Shown here: one piece after another, positions 38,784-47,905 of the stretch
Numbering within the stretch: position 1 is the first letter of the stretch
How the letters are laid out: each line of letters begins with the position of its first letter
Origin: an uncultured Lachnospiraceae bacterium
GTDB lineage: Bacteria; Bacillota; Clostridia; Lachnospirales; Lachnospiraceae
Direction: 5' to 3'
Length of the DNA stretch: 64,000 bases
Assembly (NCBI GenBank): GCA_946616365.1
Contig: CAMOIX010000004.1
Coordinates: forward strand, 17,555-81,554
Made by a program: the position numbers and the translations under genes
Notes under the pieces: generated by a model
Seen by the model: only the letters and a program-made list of their open reading frames with translations
Told to the model about the DNA's origin: nothing
The model's database searches: none

Positions 38784-41261
38784 TTAGTTAACCTTCTTTA
38801 CCAATGCCATCTCCATTATCTTATCGCACAGATCGCCGAAGCTCCTGCCGTCCGCTTTTGCGGAGAGGACAAGGTGGGAGTCGGGATAGAGCTGAGGGAG
38901 TGAGTCACACTCCAAGCATACGAATTCTTTGAGGTCCTTGTCGACCATGAAATCCATCTTAGCATATGCATTAACGCCGAGGGCAAAGGCAGCGTCCTCG
39001 GCTGCTTTCATTAATCTCTTTGAGAGTTCTTCGGGGATATCTGCGGGGCACTTGGTAGCCTGCTCTCCGGTCAGAGTCATGCCCTTTTCTTTATCCTTGG
39101 TCTCGAGGGGAAGCTTTTCAAGTACGGGGAGAGCTTTGCCTCCTACGGTACATACAGCGAATTCGCGTCCTGCGAAGTATTCCTCGACGAGTACTTCGGT
39201 ATCCCATCTGAAAGCATTGTTCACAGCCTGACGGTAAGCGGCCGGGTCGCCTGCTACGCTTATTCCGAGTCCTATACCACCGTTATTGGGCTTAACGATC
39301 ACAGGATAGCTAAGTCCCTTTTCTGTAGGATCGGGGATAGGAGCGCCCTTTCTGATGCAGTATCCGTCGGGGACGGGTACGCCGGCGTCGGTCATTACGA
39401 GCTTAGCCGATATCTTGTTGGAAGTGATAGCGGATGAGAATGAGTCGCATCCGGTGTAGTCTATTCCAAGCAGGTCTAATGCAGCCTGTACCTTACCGTT
39501 CTCGCCGTTAGCTCCGTGAAGAGCAACGAAGACGAGATCGGCCTGTTTGCATATCTGGAGTACATTGGGACCGAAGTAAGAGTCGGACTGGTCCGTACGG
39601 CGCTTTCTCGTAGCCCAGAGATCGGGAATCTCATCGGGGATATCCTTGGGAGCGAGAGAGTACTTAACAGGATCCTTAAATACATCGGGCAGGAGTTCCT
39701 CGGTTTCTCCGTATCCGAAGAATACATCGAGAAGTACGACATTGTTGCCACGGTTTCTGAGGACCTCCGCAACAGTGACACCGGTCTTTAATGAGAGGTT
39801 TCTCTCGTTGGAAAGACCTCCTGCGAGAACGACTATGTTGAGATTGCCGGGAAGTATGAATTCCCTGAGTTCGTCATCACTTATATATTCGTCCTTAACG
39901 ATGAGGTCGGAACCGTCCATATTGAGCTCCAGAGTGCCGAGCATCTCACGGGTGAGGGATGCGATCTGGAGTATACGCTGTATCTGATCAGGCTTTAAGT
40001 CGACATCATACTTCTTCTTGACGAAAGCCTGGATGCGCCTGGTGATGGGCTTATTTACATGCACGATAAGGAAGTTCGTCACGCCGAGGAGTGCGTTAAG
40101 CTTCTTGGAGTTGACGAGATCGTCGAGCATATCTATTACTTTTAATATCTCGCCCGCGCGGAATGCAGTCATGATGGACTTGAGCGAATCGAGGAGATTC
40201 GGATTCTGACGCGAGTAGAGTATGCAGTACGCGAGGAGATATGCAACATTGTCGGAGTACTTGGGATCTCCGATCATATCGCAGAGGAATGCTATGAATT
40301 CCGATATATCGCAGCCGCTTCCGAGAGAGAATGCCTTCTCTACGAGCATACCTACGAGACGGTTGGTCTCGGATTTTTCTTTTTCACTGACAGCAGAGCG
40401 GATCATACTGTTGATGAACTGATCGAGGATCTGCATCTCAGGACGCTGGCCGGCGGGATTTACACGGATGTTGTACTCGCCGTTCTCTCCGAAGTCAAAG
40501 AATGTATTGGGAGCATGGCTCTCGGAGAATCCGAATTTACCGTAGTCATATCCGATGTAGTATGTCTTCTCGCCGATATCGTTCATGAGGATATTGACGT
40601 AATCGTAGTCGATATTGTGATTCTCGATGACCTTCTGACGGTCGATGATACGGCGCTTATAGTGCTCGATGAATTTATCGGAGAATCCCTGACCGTCAAA
40701 GGATACGCAGCGGTCGGGAGTATCGTTCAGGATGGTGACATATTTTGCTTTGTTGCCGCCCTTGGAGTGACCGATGACTGTGACGAAATACTTGTTTAAA
40801 CCAAGCTGATCATAGGCTCTCTTGTACCACTCGAGTGCATTGATCTGCTGGAGTGAATCTATCTGATTGGCACCTTCGAAGTCGTCGGTCCATTCGTTGT
40901 CCGCAGTTCCGCGGTAAGCAACCACCGCTTCGTGCTTTCCGTTCTCGTCGGGCTCGCCGGCATCGTTCTTTATGACAATAGAGATACCGCCGCCGGCACC
41001 GTATGCCGTATCGAGGTGAGCCTCTGCGATAAGCGAGTTTGAGATAGCCGGGTTTTTCAGGATGGCGAGGATGACATTACGGAAATCGAATCCGTTCATC
41101 TGCGTTGTGTATGTGCGCTCATTATCGAGAGCATCCAAATCTATCGCACCCAGGTATTCGCCGACGGTCTTTCCCTCTGCATGAAGGATAGATACGAGCG
41201 GAGCCATATCCGGCATATATGTGAGGTGTTCTATAAGCAGCAGTTCGTCGGTACGGTACAT
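38784..41261 (-). CDS. fusion protein: DUF2974/Mbeg1-like serine hydrolase + helical linker + D-alanine--D-alanine ligase-like ATP-grasp
   Basis: 825 aa. Residues ~100-260 carry VVAYRGTADNEW...VIGHSKGGNKAKY (GHSKGG nucleophile elbow, Ser166). Residues ~473-825 carry VVLAGGLSNERNLSLKTG, VALHGANGENGKVQAALDLLGIDYTG, YPVIVKPNNGG, VLVEEYFAGREF and MDFMVD...LECDSLP. GGAGG Shine-Dalgarno lies 19 nt after the upstream stop. Confidence 0.85.
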   Translation of the reverse strand: MYRTDELLLIEHLTYMPDMAPLVSILHAEGKTVGEYLGAIDLDALDNERTYTTQMNGFDFRNVILAILKNPAISNSLIAEAHLDTAYGAGGGISIVIKNDAGEPDENGKHEAVVAYRGTADNEWTDDFEGANQIDSLQQINALEWYKRAYDQLGLNKYFVTVIGHSKGGNKAKYVTILNDTPDRCVSFDGQGFSDKFIEHYKRRIIDRQKVIENHNIDYDYVNILMNDIGEKTYYIGYDYGKFGFSESHAPNTFFDFGENGEYNIRVNPAGQRPEMQILDQFINSMIRSAVSEKEKSETNRLVGMLVEKAFSLGSGCDISEFIAFLCDMIGDPKYSDNVAYLLAYCILYSRQNPNLLDSLKSIMTAFRAGEILKVIDMLDDLVNSKKLNALLGVTNFLIVHVNKPITRRIQAFVKKKYDVDLKPDQIQRILQIASLTREMLGTLELNMDGSDLIVKDEYISDDELREFILPGNLNIVVLAGGLSNERNLSLKTGVTVAEVLRNRGNNVVLLDVFFGYGETEELLPDVFKDPVKYSLAPKDIPDEIPDLWATRKRRTDQSDSYFGPNVLQICKQADLVFVALHGANGENGKVQAALDLLGIDYTGCDSFSSAITSNKISAKLVMTDAGVPVPDGYCIRKGAPIPDPTEKGLSYPVIVKPNNGGIGLGISVAGDPAAYRQAVNNAFRWDTEVLVEEYFAGREFAVCTVGGKALPVLEKLPLETKDKEKGMTLTGEQATKCPADIPEELSKRLMKAAEDAAFALGVNAYAKMDFMVDKDLKEFVCLECDSLPQLYPDSHLVLSAKADGRSFGDLCDKIMEMALVKKVN

Positions 41262-41280
41262 CTTTAAGCCTCCGTGTTAA

Positions 41281-41763
41281 CTAGTTGGATTCGATCTCTT
41301 CGATGAGAGCCTGATATACGAGGTTTAAGTTCTCGTTTTCTTTTCTTATGTTGCGGACGAGGTTTACTCCTATGAAACGCAGGAGTGATACGCCTGCAGC
41401 GGGGTGAGAGTCTGCGTATGCGTCAAAGTCTTTCCTTGAGATGGATACGCAGGTGCAGTCCGATTTGGCGCGCACTGTAGCGGAACGCTTGTCGCTGTCT
41501 ATGAGAGCCATCTCGCCGAATACGCAGTGCATATCGGATTTGAGGGAAGCGCAGACAAATTTATCTCCGAAGACGGTGGTCTTGATGATATCTACATCAC
41601 CGTCTATGAGGAAGTACATATCCGATCCGGTATCACCTTCCGTGATGATATCAGTGCCCGCGGAAAAGTCGGACGGCTTGAGGAGCTTTGCAAAGTCCTC
41701 GAGATCGCTGCCGGAGATGGAGCTTAAGAGCGGGAAAGTTTTAAGCTTTTCGGTGTATTCCAT
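41281..41763 (-). CDS. stand-alone cyclic nucleotide-binding (CAP/CRP effector-type) domain protein
   Basis: 160 aa. The phosphate-binding cassette-like FGEMALIDSDKRSATVRA sits within a beta-roll, and no DNA-binding HTH follows. The start overlaps the channel gene stop (TGATG). Confidence 0.85.
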   Translation of the reverse strand: MEYTEKLKTFPLLSSISGSDLEDFAKLLKPSDFSAGTDIITEGDTGSDMYFLIDGDVDIIKTTVFGDKFVCASLKSDMHCVFGEMALIDSDKRSATVRAKSDCTCVSISRKDFDAYADSHPAAGVSLLRFIGVNLVRNIRKENENLNLVYQALIEEIESN

Positions 41764-42950
41764 CAGATCTCCTCCCCGAGTATTATCGCACCGCAGTTAC
41801 CCGGGATGATATAGTCATCGCCGGGATTTAAGCGGGGTTCGTTGGTTTCCATTTCTTTTACTGACTTAAGGCGCTGTATGATCTCACCGTAGTTGGTTGA
41901 TTTCTGGGCCTCGGAGAGGATGTTGTGCTTGATCTCTTTCTCAACTCCCATGTTCTCCAGGATGCCGAGGAGGAGGAAGTTCTTCTCCGATTTATACCAG
42001 TCAAAGAGTTCGCCGTATCTCCTGCCGATCCAGGACTCGCTGATGGGCTCTATCTGGACGGAGGTACCGTCACCGTTGTCGAGGAAGGAACTCATGACCT
42101 TGCTCATTCCGCTGTAATTGGTAGAGGTAGTGAGGATGTATCTGGTGTATTCTTCGGTGTATATGATCTCTGCACAGTTCTGGGCTTCGAGGTAATTGCG
42201 GTATCTTTCTGTCCTGATCTGTGCACATATATGGCATTTGGAATTGAGGTTTCTTGCGAGGAGAGCAGTTACGAATACTCTGGAGTCGATAAGCTCTTCG
42301 TCAAGGTTCTCGCCGCTCTCACCGATGATGAGAACTTTGGAAGCCTCTTTGATATTGGCGTTCTTGAGGGTCTGCTCCTCGGTGAAGTCACCCTTGAGGA
42401 TGTTTAATCCTTTGAGTTCCGCATCGTCGCGAAGAGTCTGGAGCCTGACGTCCTCGGCTCCGGTGATAAGGATTATGTCGGCTACAGAGAGGTTTTTGTT
42501 TTTATGAAGGATGCCGACAATGAGACTCTTTATGTCGTTTTTCCATCCGCATACGATGATATGTTTTTTCATATTTTGCATTTTCTTGATACCTCTCTCA
42601 GCATTTAATCTGCGCGCGACGAGCGCGGACGATATGTAACCTGTGATGGTGGAAAGTCCTACTACTCCGAGTGAGAGGACTATGAGACCGAGGATTCGCC
42701 CGCCCGGAGTGCCGGTGAATTCGTAATCGTTGCCGGCGAGAGCGAGCATATTGTAGACGAAGACGTCGATGAACGAGAGCCCGTCATCCTTGCCTCCGCC
42801 GTAGATATAGCAGGCATAGCAGACGAGCAGGACGAGCACGAGGATAAGTGTGATGGTATCTGCATGTGCGTCCCGCAGGATCCGGAGGAGGTTTTTCTTC
42901 TTTTCCGGAGTCTTCTGTATTTTCTTGTTTTTATCGGAATTTTTGCCCAT
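41763..42950 (-). CDS. 2-TM ion channel with C-terminal RCK/TrkA-N domain (MthK-like), non-canonical pore loop
   Basis: 395 aa. TM1 ITLILVLVLLVCYACYIY. Pore-helix-like FIDVFVYNMLALAGNDYEFTGTP. TM2 ILGLIVLSLGVVGLSTITGYISSAL. RCK start HIIVCGWKNDIKSLIVGIL resembles the CGW-type Rossmann start of MthK. Confidence 0.8.
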   Translation of the reverse strand: MGKNSDKNKKIQKTPEKKKNLLRILRDAHADTITLILVLVLLVCYACYIYGGGKDDGLSFIDVFVYNMLALAGNDYEFTGTPGGRILGLIVLSLGVVGLSTITGYISSALVARRLNAERGIKKMQNMKKHIIVCGWKNDIKSLIVGILHKNKNLSVADIILITGAEDVRLQTLRDDAELKGLNILKGDFTEEQTLKNANIKEASKVLIIGESGENLDEELIDSRVFVTALLARNLNSKCHICAQIRTERYRNYLEAQNCAEIIYTEEYTRYILTTSTNYSGMSKVMSSFLDNGDGTSVQIEPISESWIGRRYGELFDWYKSEKNFLLLGILENMGVEKEIKHNILSEAQKSTNYGEIIQRLKSVKEMETNEPRLNPGDDYIIPGNCGAIILGEEI

Positions 42951-43024
42951 ACACGGGTTATTTTACTATATTATGCTGTTTTTTGGCAAATCCTTTGAAA
43001 ATCGGCGTATAGAGGGTGTTTTCC

Positions 43025-43054
43025 TTGATTTATCCGAGGAGGGTATGGCATAAT
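43025..43054 (+). promoter_or_regulatory. candidate promoter of the giant surface protein gene
   Basis: TTGATT (43025-43030), an 18-nt spacer ending in TGG, then CATAAT (43049-43054). Confidence 0.4.
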
Positions 43055-43136
43055 GAGAAGAAGAATAAGGTCCTGCAAAAAGGGGCTTATTGTTTGTTGT
43101 GTAAAGAAAAGACAACCGGTTTAAAGGAAGGTTTTT

Positions 43137-46100
43137 ATGTCGCAGAGCATCACGGCTGATAACGGAAAGAAAAAGAAACTTCTGATCATCATTCTGGGAG
43201 TGTTACTTCTCATAGGTATCATCATAGGTATCATAATCTACACAAATGCGATAACCGCAATAACGATGCGTATCCAGAGGCTCGTCGGAACGGTCAATCT
43301 CTACAACGATGACAAGGAAGTAGAGCTCAGGGAAAAGATGAAGCTTGGCGCCGGACAGACTGTAACGACGGCGGGAGAGAGCCTCATCATGGTTTCGCTC
43401 GACGATACGAAGCTTATGACGATGGAGGAGAGCAGCCGCGCGGATATCAAGGCGAGAGGAAAGAAGCTCGAATTCGACCTCATAGACGGGAATCTCTTTT
43501 TCAATGTAACCAAGAAGCTTGGAAAGAAGGAAAGCTTTGAAGTATGCACATCTACCATGGTCTGCGGTATCCGCGGAACCAGTGCATATGTCGGAAAGGA
43601 CTCGACTCGCCATGAGACTCTCATGGTTACGGACGGTATAGTCCATGTGCTCGCGACCAACCCCAGGACGCTCGAGACGACGGAAGTGGATGTATATGCC
43701 GGAGAGATGATCACGATATATCTCGATGAAGAGGCTGAAGGTGACAAGACCATATCCATCGTTAAGAGAAAGTTCAGGGAAGAGGATCTTCCTTCACTTG
43801 CTCTCGATGCGATACGTAAGAGTCCGGAACTGCAAAAGAGGATCGCTGATGCAACGGGATTTAGTGTGGAGAGACTTACGGCCCTGGCAGATGCTACGAG
43901 TAGGGACGGTATCTCGATGTACGGAAGCGCAGCGGACAAGCTCAGCGCAGACGGTATCAAAGATGCGATCCCCATCATGGGAACCAAGGCTCACATCATG
44001 GTAAGCACTGCCAATAATGCGGCAGATACCGCAGGCGAGAACCTTCCCCTTGAGATAGCGATAATAAAGGGGCTTAACGGCACTATGAATGCAGGTGCCG
44101 ATGCGGGATACGGCGATGAGCAGCTCAGTGCGATGGTTGAGAGTTCTTCGGGATGTGTCGACAAATGTATATCTGACGCGCGTGATGCCGGACTCTCTGA
44201 TGAGGAACTTGTAACGGTGGCAAACAGCATCATCGGAGCGCTTCAGTCTTCTGTCGGCGAGATGGCAAAGGCGGACCTTACCACATCCGAGATCGGTCAG
44301 GTAGTTGATGCGATAGAGATCGTATATACGGATGCCATTAAAGATACCGTAGCGGCTGCTTCGGGAACCAATACGGGCGCTAATGCAGGTGCAGGTACGG
44401 AGACCGGTTCGGGCGATGGAACAAGCGCGGGCTCAGGTGAAGATCAGGTAGCGCCGGCACCGTCTTTATCAAGTGCGGGAATACTTGAGGCTGTAAGGAA
44501 TGCCTCTGATTATATCACGAGTACCGTGGACAGTGAGATGATAAAGAAGTCCACGGGAGAGCAGACAGCTGAGGAACTTCTGAGAAAGAGACCTCAGACT
44601 GCGAGCGGAAATGACGGTAACGTCAATGGCGCGGGAAATGATGGTGCTACGACCGGAAACGGTACAGGTAACGGAACCGGCGATGCAAACGGTGGCAACG
44701 GGAATGGTAATGGCGCAGGCGGAAACGGAAATGCAGGGACTGCGGCTGGTGCAGCTAATGCAGGCACAGGTGCTGCAGCTACAGGAACCGGTGCAGGCGC
44801 TACAGGTGCCGGGGATCAGAGTAATTCATCCGGAGACGGTGGAAGCACATCGAGCAACTCATCGAGCAACACGCCGGCAGATACCACGCAGAGAGCAGTT
44901 TCTATCGCAGGCAATATTTCGGGCGGAACCGTAACGGCTTCGAGGACCACTGCAGCTCAGGGTCAGACAGTCACTCTTACTGCTACTCCCGACCAGGGTA
45001 ATGTATTACGGCAGATCACGGTAAATAAGCTTGATGCGAGTGGAAATGTCACCGGCACAGTATCTCTTACCGAAGTAAGTGCGGGCAGCAGCTATTCATT
45101 CAGCATGCCTGCTAATGAAGTTGCGGTAGATGCTGCTTTTGCTCCGTCAATCAGCGGAACACTTTCTATCACGGGTAATACTATAGTCGATTCGGTACTT
45201 ACCGCAACAGTTACCGGAGGATCCAATACGGGTACGCTCAGCTATGTGTGGAAGAGGGGCGGAACTGTTATAGCAGGTGCGACAAGCAGTACATATACGC
45301 TGGTTGCGGCCGATAAGAATAATATCATTTCATGCGAAGTTGTAAGTTCTGTGGAAGCAGGAAAGCTGACAGCTCAGACTGCATCCGCTGTTCAGCCACA
45401 TACATTTGAGGTGACAACGTTATACACTTCCTCAAGAGGAAATGTGGTGACCAAGCTGGGTGATACCGCGGCAACCCGATTTGAAGCAGGAGCGACGGTC
45501 AGAGTATATGTTACCTGCACGGAAGGCTGGGAGGAGCAGAGACCTACCACCGACCAGACCGGTACGACTGTATGGTATGATGCGAACGGTGGATATTACT
45601 ACTTTACGATGCCTGATCCTTCGCCCAATACGCTCGTGTCTCTTGGCGTTACCTTCACTGCGAAGTCGTATGCTGTAACACTGAATGCAGCAGGCGGAAC
45701 GATAAATGCGGGCAATGTCACGACATATACGTACGGAACCGGTGCAACCTTGCCTACAAATGTTACGAAAGCGGACGATGCAACCTTCAGTTACACATTC
45801 GCCGGCTGGTTTGATGCGGCTACGGGCGGAAATCAGGTTACATCGATATCCACTACAGATACCGGAGCGAAGACATTATATGCTCATTGGACAGCAACAC
45901 CCCTGACTACAACGCATACGCTTGATCTCCGGATTGGTATCTGGAATGGTGATATGAATTTGATGCCAATAGTGTATATGGGAATACCATTTGTAACTAT
46001 GACCGATGCGAACGGAAACACCATATTGAGTGGCGGGGATGTACCTGTGGGCGCGGTTGTTACGATTACATATGATCTCTCTGTAGTTAATACCGCTACT

Positions 46101-47810
46101 GCACAGACCACCATAAGTTATGATTCCTGCTGGGTTAATTACGGAAGTGCGCATACTTCGCTAAATTCTTCAGATATTACTACCGGGACCAATTCCGTAT
46201 CATTCGCAATGCCGGATGGCGATGCGGAGGTTGATCTGATATTCCTTGAGGCAGCATCGACAACAGTCACGTACCCTATCAGTACCGTATTTCAGAGAGG
46301 AAATATTATCGCAGTACCGGATCCTTCACAGGGCTTTGGCTCATCGCTTATTAACGAGGAATCAAGCGTGGACGGTATCACGGTTTCCGTAAAGATAAAC
46401 GGTACAACGCCTACGGGAGTTCAGGTGGCTGCTGAGGAAAATGATGCTGTCGAGATCACAATATCATCGGATGAATTGAATATTAATCTGCTTCAATGCT
46501 GGAAACCGGGATCTGCTGGAGGAAAGACCAGTATGGGAGCCCCGCCGCAGCAGCTGACATCTGCGACAGTGACTAATATTTCGGCAAAGTCGAAAAAGAT
46601 ATCATTTACGATGCCGGCTTATGGAGTGGTGATCTATACCGCTTACTCAGGTACAGGATATGCAATATCCTGTGAGCCCGCTCTCGGCGGAACGGTCACT
46701 GCGACACCTTCCGCTCCTTCACAGTATATCTCTAATGTGGCAGCAGGTAATCTCGTAACGATAACGGGTAACCCGGATCAGAACTTTGCACTTGCATCCG
46801 TCGAAGTATTTGATTCGTCGAACAGCAGTGTTACTGTAAGCAACGTTGTATCCAATACCGCCACATTTACGATGCCTTCATCGCCGGTGGTTGTTGTACC
46901 GACATTTACAGTTCCCGGGCCCAATGCGGAGATAACTTTGGATACGGATGAAGTTGATGATATGATGTCACTTCTTGCCCTGCCTGGAGTTTCGAAACTG
47001 ACAATTACGTATACGGCGGGTGACATAGATATATCTTCCGGATCTGATCTTCATATCCCTGCAGGAAAGACATTGGAGATTGCATCAGGTGTTACTCTTT
47101 ATGATAACGGTGGAGTATTTACCAATGATGGAACTATGATCATTGATGCAGGCGGAGCTTTTGAAAACCATAGGCTTATCAGAAATGACGGAACAATTGT
47201 CAATAATGGTACATATACTATCGGTGATTCGTGGGGAGGCGTGCTGTATAATTATGGAACGTTTACAAACAATGCGGATGTTACATACATGCAGACATCT
47301 AATCATGTAGACTGCTTTATGGTTAATTACGGCACTGTGGATGGTAGCGCTGCAAGTGATGTGTATCCCAGACAGCCGAATACAGTGCTTGAGGGATATG
47401 ATGATTCGGGATCGAGCTGGCAGCTTACATGTGGAGGTATTCTTTCAATCTCAAGTGATAATGCGTGGAGCGGTAACAGCTGGCAGTGGAACCCGAGAAA
47501 TACAAATGGGGGAAACAGAGAGAAGTACGGACCGTTTACAAGAGGCGTTGTTATAAATGATGGAGTCACATATATCGGCCAGGGAGCATTCCAGGGTGAC
47601 ACGAGATTGGAGTATATCGTTATACCCACGAGTGTAACTTCTATAGAAGAATACGCTTTCGCGGGAGCAAGTAAACTGACGGATATATATTATGCCGGAA
47701 CTCAGGAACAGTGGGCTACTGTGATAGCAAATACTGACTTTAGCAATGCCGGAAATGGTGCGCTGAGTCGAGATACAGTAACTGTTCACTATAACAGTAC
47801 CGGACCCTGA
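43137..47810 (+). CDS. giant membrane-anchored surface protein: FecR domain, G/N/A/T low-complexity spacer, Ig-like/Listeria-Bacteroides repeats, BspA-type LRR C-terminus
   Basis: 1557 aa. N-terminal TM KKLLIIILGVLLLIGIIIGIIIY. FecR-like VGTVNLYNDDKEVELREKMKLGAGQTVTTAGESLIMVSLDD. GNG/GAG-rich region. Flg_new-type repeat SYAVTLNAAGGTINAG...YTFAGWFDAATGGNQV...LYAHWT. LRR_5-like IGQGAFQGDTRLEYIVIPTSVTSIEEYAFAGASKLTDIYYAGTQEQW. Confidence 0.85.
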   Translation: MSQSITADNGKKKKLLIIILGVLLLIGIIIGIIIYTNAITAITMRIQRLVGTVNLYNDDKEVELREKMKLGAGQTVTTAGESLIMVSLDDTKLMTMEESSRADIKARGKKLEFDLIDGNLFFNVTKKLGKKESFEVCTSTMVCGIRGTSAYVGKDSTRHETLMVTDGIVHVLATNPRTLETTEVDVYAGEMITIYLDEEAEGDKTISIVKRKFREEDLPSLALDAIRKSPELQKRIADATGFSVERLTALADATSRDGISMYGSAADKLSADGIKDAIPIMGTKAHIMVSTANNAADTAGENLPLEIAIIKGLNGTMNAGADAGYGDEQLSAMVESSSGCVDKCISDARDAGLSDEELVTVANSIIGALQSSVGEMAKADLTTSEIGQVVDAIEIVYTDAIKDTVAAASGTNTGANAGAGTETGSGDGTSAGSGEDQVAPAPSLSSAGILEAVRNASDYITSTVDSEMIKKSTGEQTAEELLRKRPQTASGNDGNVNGAGNDGATTGNGTGNGTGDANGGNGNGNGAGGNGNAGTAAGAANAGTGAAATGTGAGATGAGDQSNSSGDGGSTSSNSSSNTPADTTQRAVSIAGNISGGTVTASRTTAAQGQTVTLTATPDQGNVLRQITVNKLDASGNVTGTVSLTEVSAGSSYSFSMPANEVAVDAAFAPSISGTLSITGNTIVDSVLTATVTGGSNTGTLSYVWKRGGTVIAGATSSTYTLVAADKNNIISCEVVSSVEAGKLTAQTASAVQPHTFEVTTLYTSSRGNVVTKLGDTAATRFEAGATVRVYVTCTEGWEEQRPTTDQTGTTVWYDANGGYYYFTMPDPSPNTLVSLGVTFTAKSYAVTLNAAGGTINAGNVTTYTYGTGATLPTNVTKADDATFSYTFAGWFDAATGGNQVTSISTTDTGAKTLYAHWTATPLTTTHTLDLRIGIWNGDMNLMPIVYMGIPFVTMTDANGNTILSGGDVPVGAVVTITYDLSVVNTATAQTTISYDSCWVNYGSAHTSLNSSDITTGTNSVSFAMPDGDAEVDLIFLEAASTTVTYPISTVFQRGNIIAVPDPSQGFGSSLINEESSVDGITVSVKINGTTPTGVQVAAEENDAVEITISSDELNINLLQCWKPGSAGGKTSMGAPPQQLTSATVTNISAKSKKISFTMPAYGVVIYTAYSGTGYAISCEPALGGTVTATPSAPSQYISNVAAGNLVTITGNPDQNFALASVEVFDSSNSSVTVSNVVSNTATFTMPSSPVVVVPTFTVPGPNAEITLDTDEVDDMMSLLALPGVSKLTITYTAGDIDISSGSDLHIPAGKTLEIASGVTLYDNGGVFTNDGTMIIDAGGAFENHRLIRNDGTIVNNGTYTIGDSWGGVLYNYGTFTNNADVTYMQTSNHVDCFMVNYGTVDGSAASDVYPRQPNTVLEGYDDSGSSWQLTCGGILSISSDNAWSGNSWQWNPRNTNGGNREKYGPFTRGVVINDGVTYIGQGAFQGDTRLEYIVIPTSVTSIEEYAFAGASKLTDIYYAGTQEQWATVIANTDFSNAGNGALSRDTVTVHYNSTGP

Positions 47811-47905
47811 TAGGAATCTGACCGGAAATCAAAAGGCAGTATGAACGCCTTTTGGCGGAGATGGAACTTAAGAGACATCAAGGTGAAAACCGGATCAATC
47901 CCTAG

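Noticed and set aside
41763-42950. Considered calling the channel a K+ channel (Kch/MthK orthologue).
   Set aside because: The selectivity-filter signature TVGYG is absent (it reads LAGNDYE). I therefore call only the architecture and leave ion selectivity open.
47831-47853. Hairpin AAAAGGC-agtatgaac-GCCTTTT after the giant surface-protein gene as its terminator.
   Set aside because: The stem is only 7 bp and AT-rich, with no separate T-tract. The strong bidirectional terminator at 48059-48088 is a better candidate, so this one was not listed as a feature.
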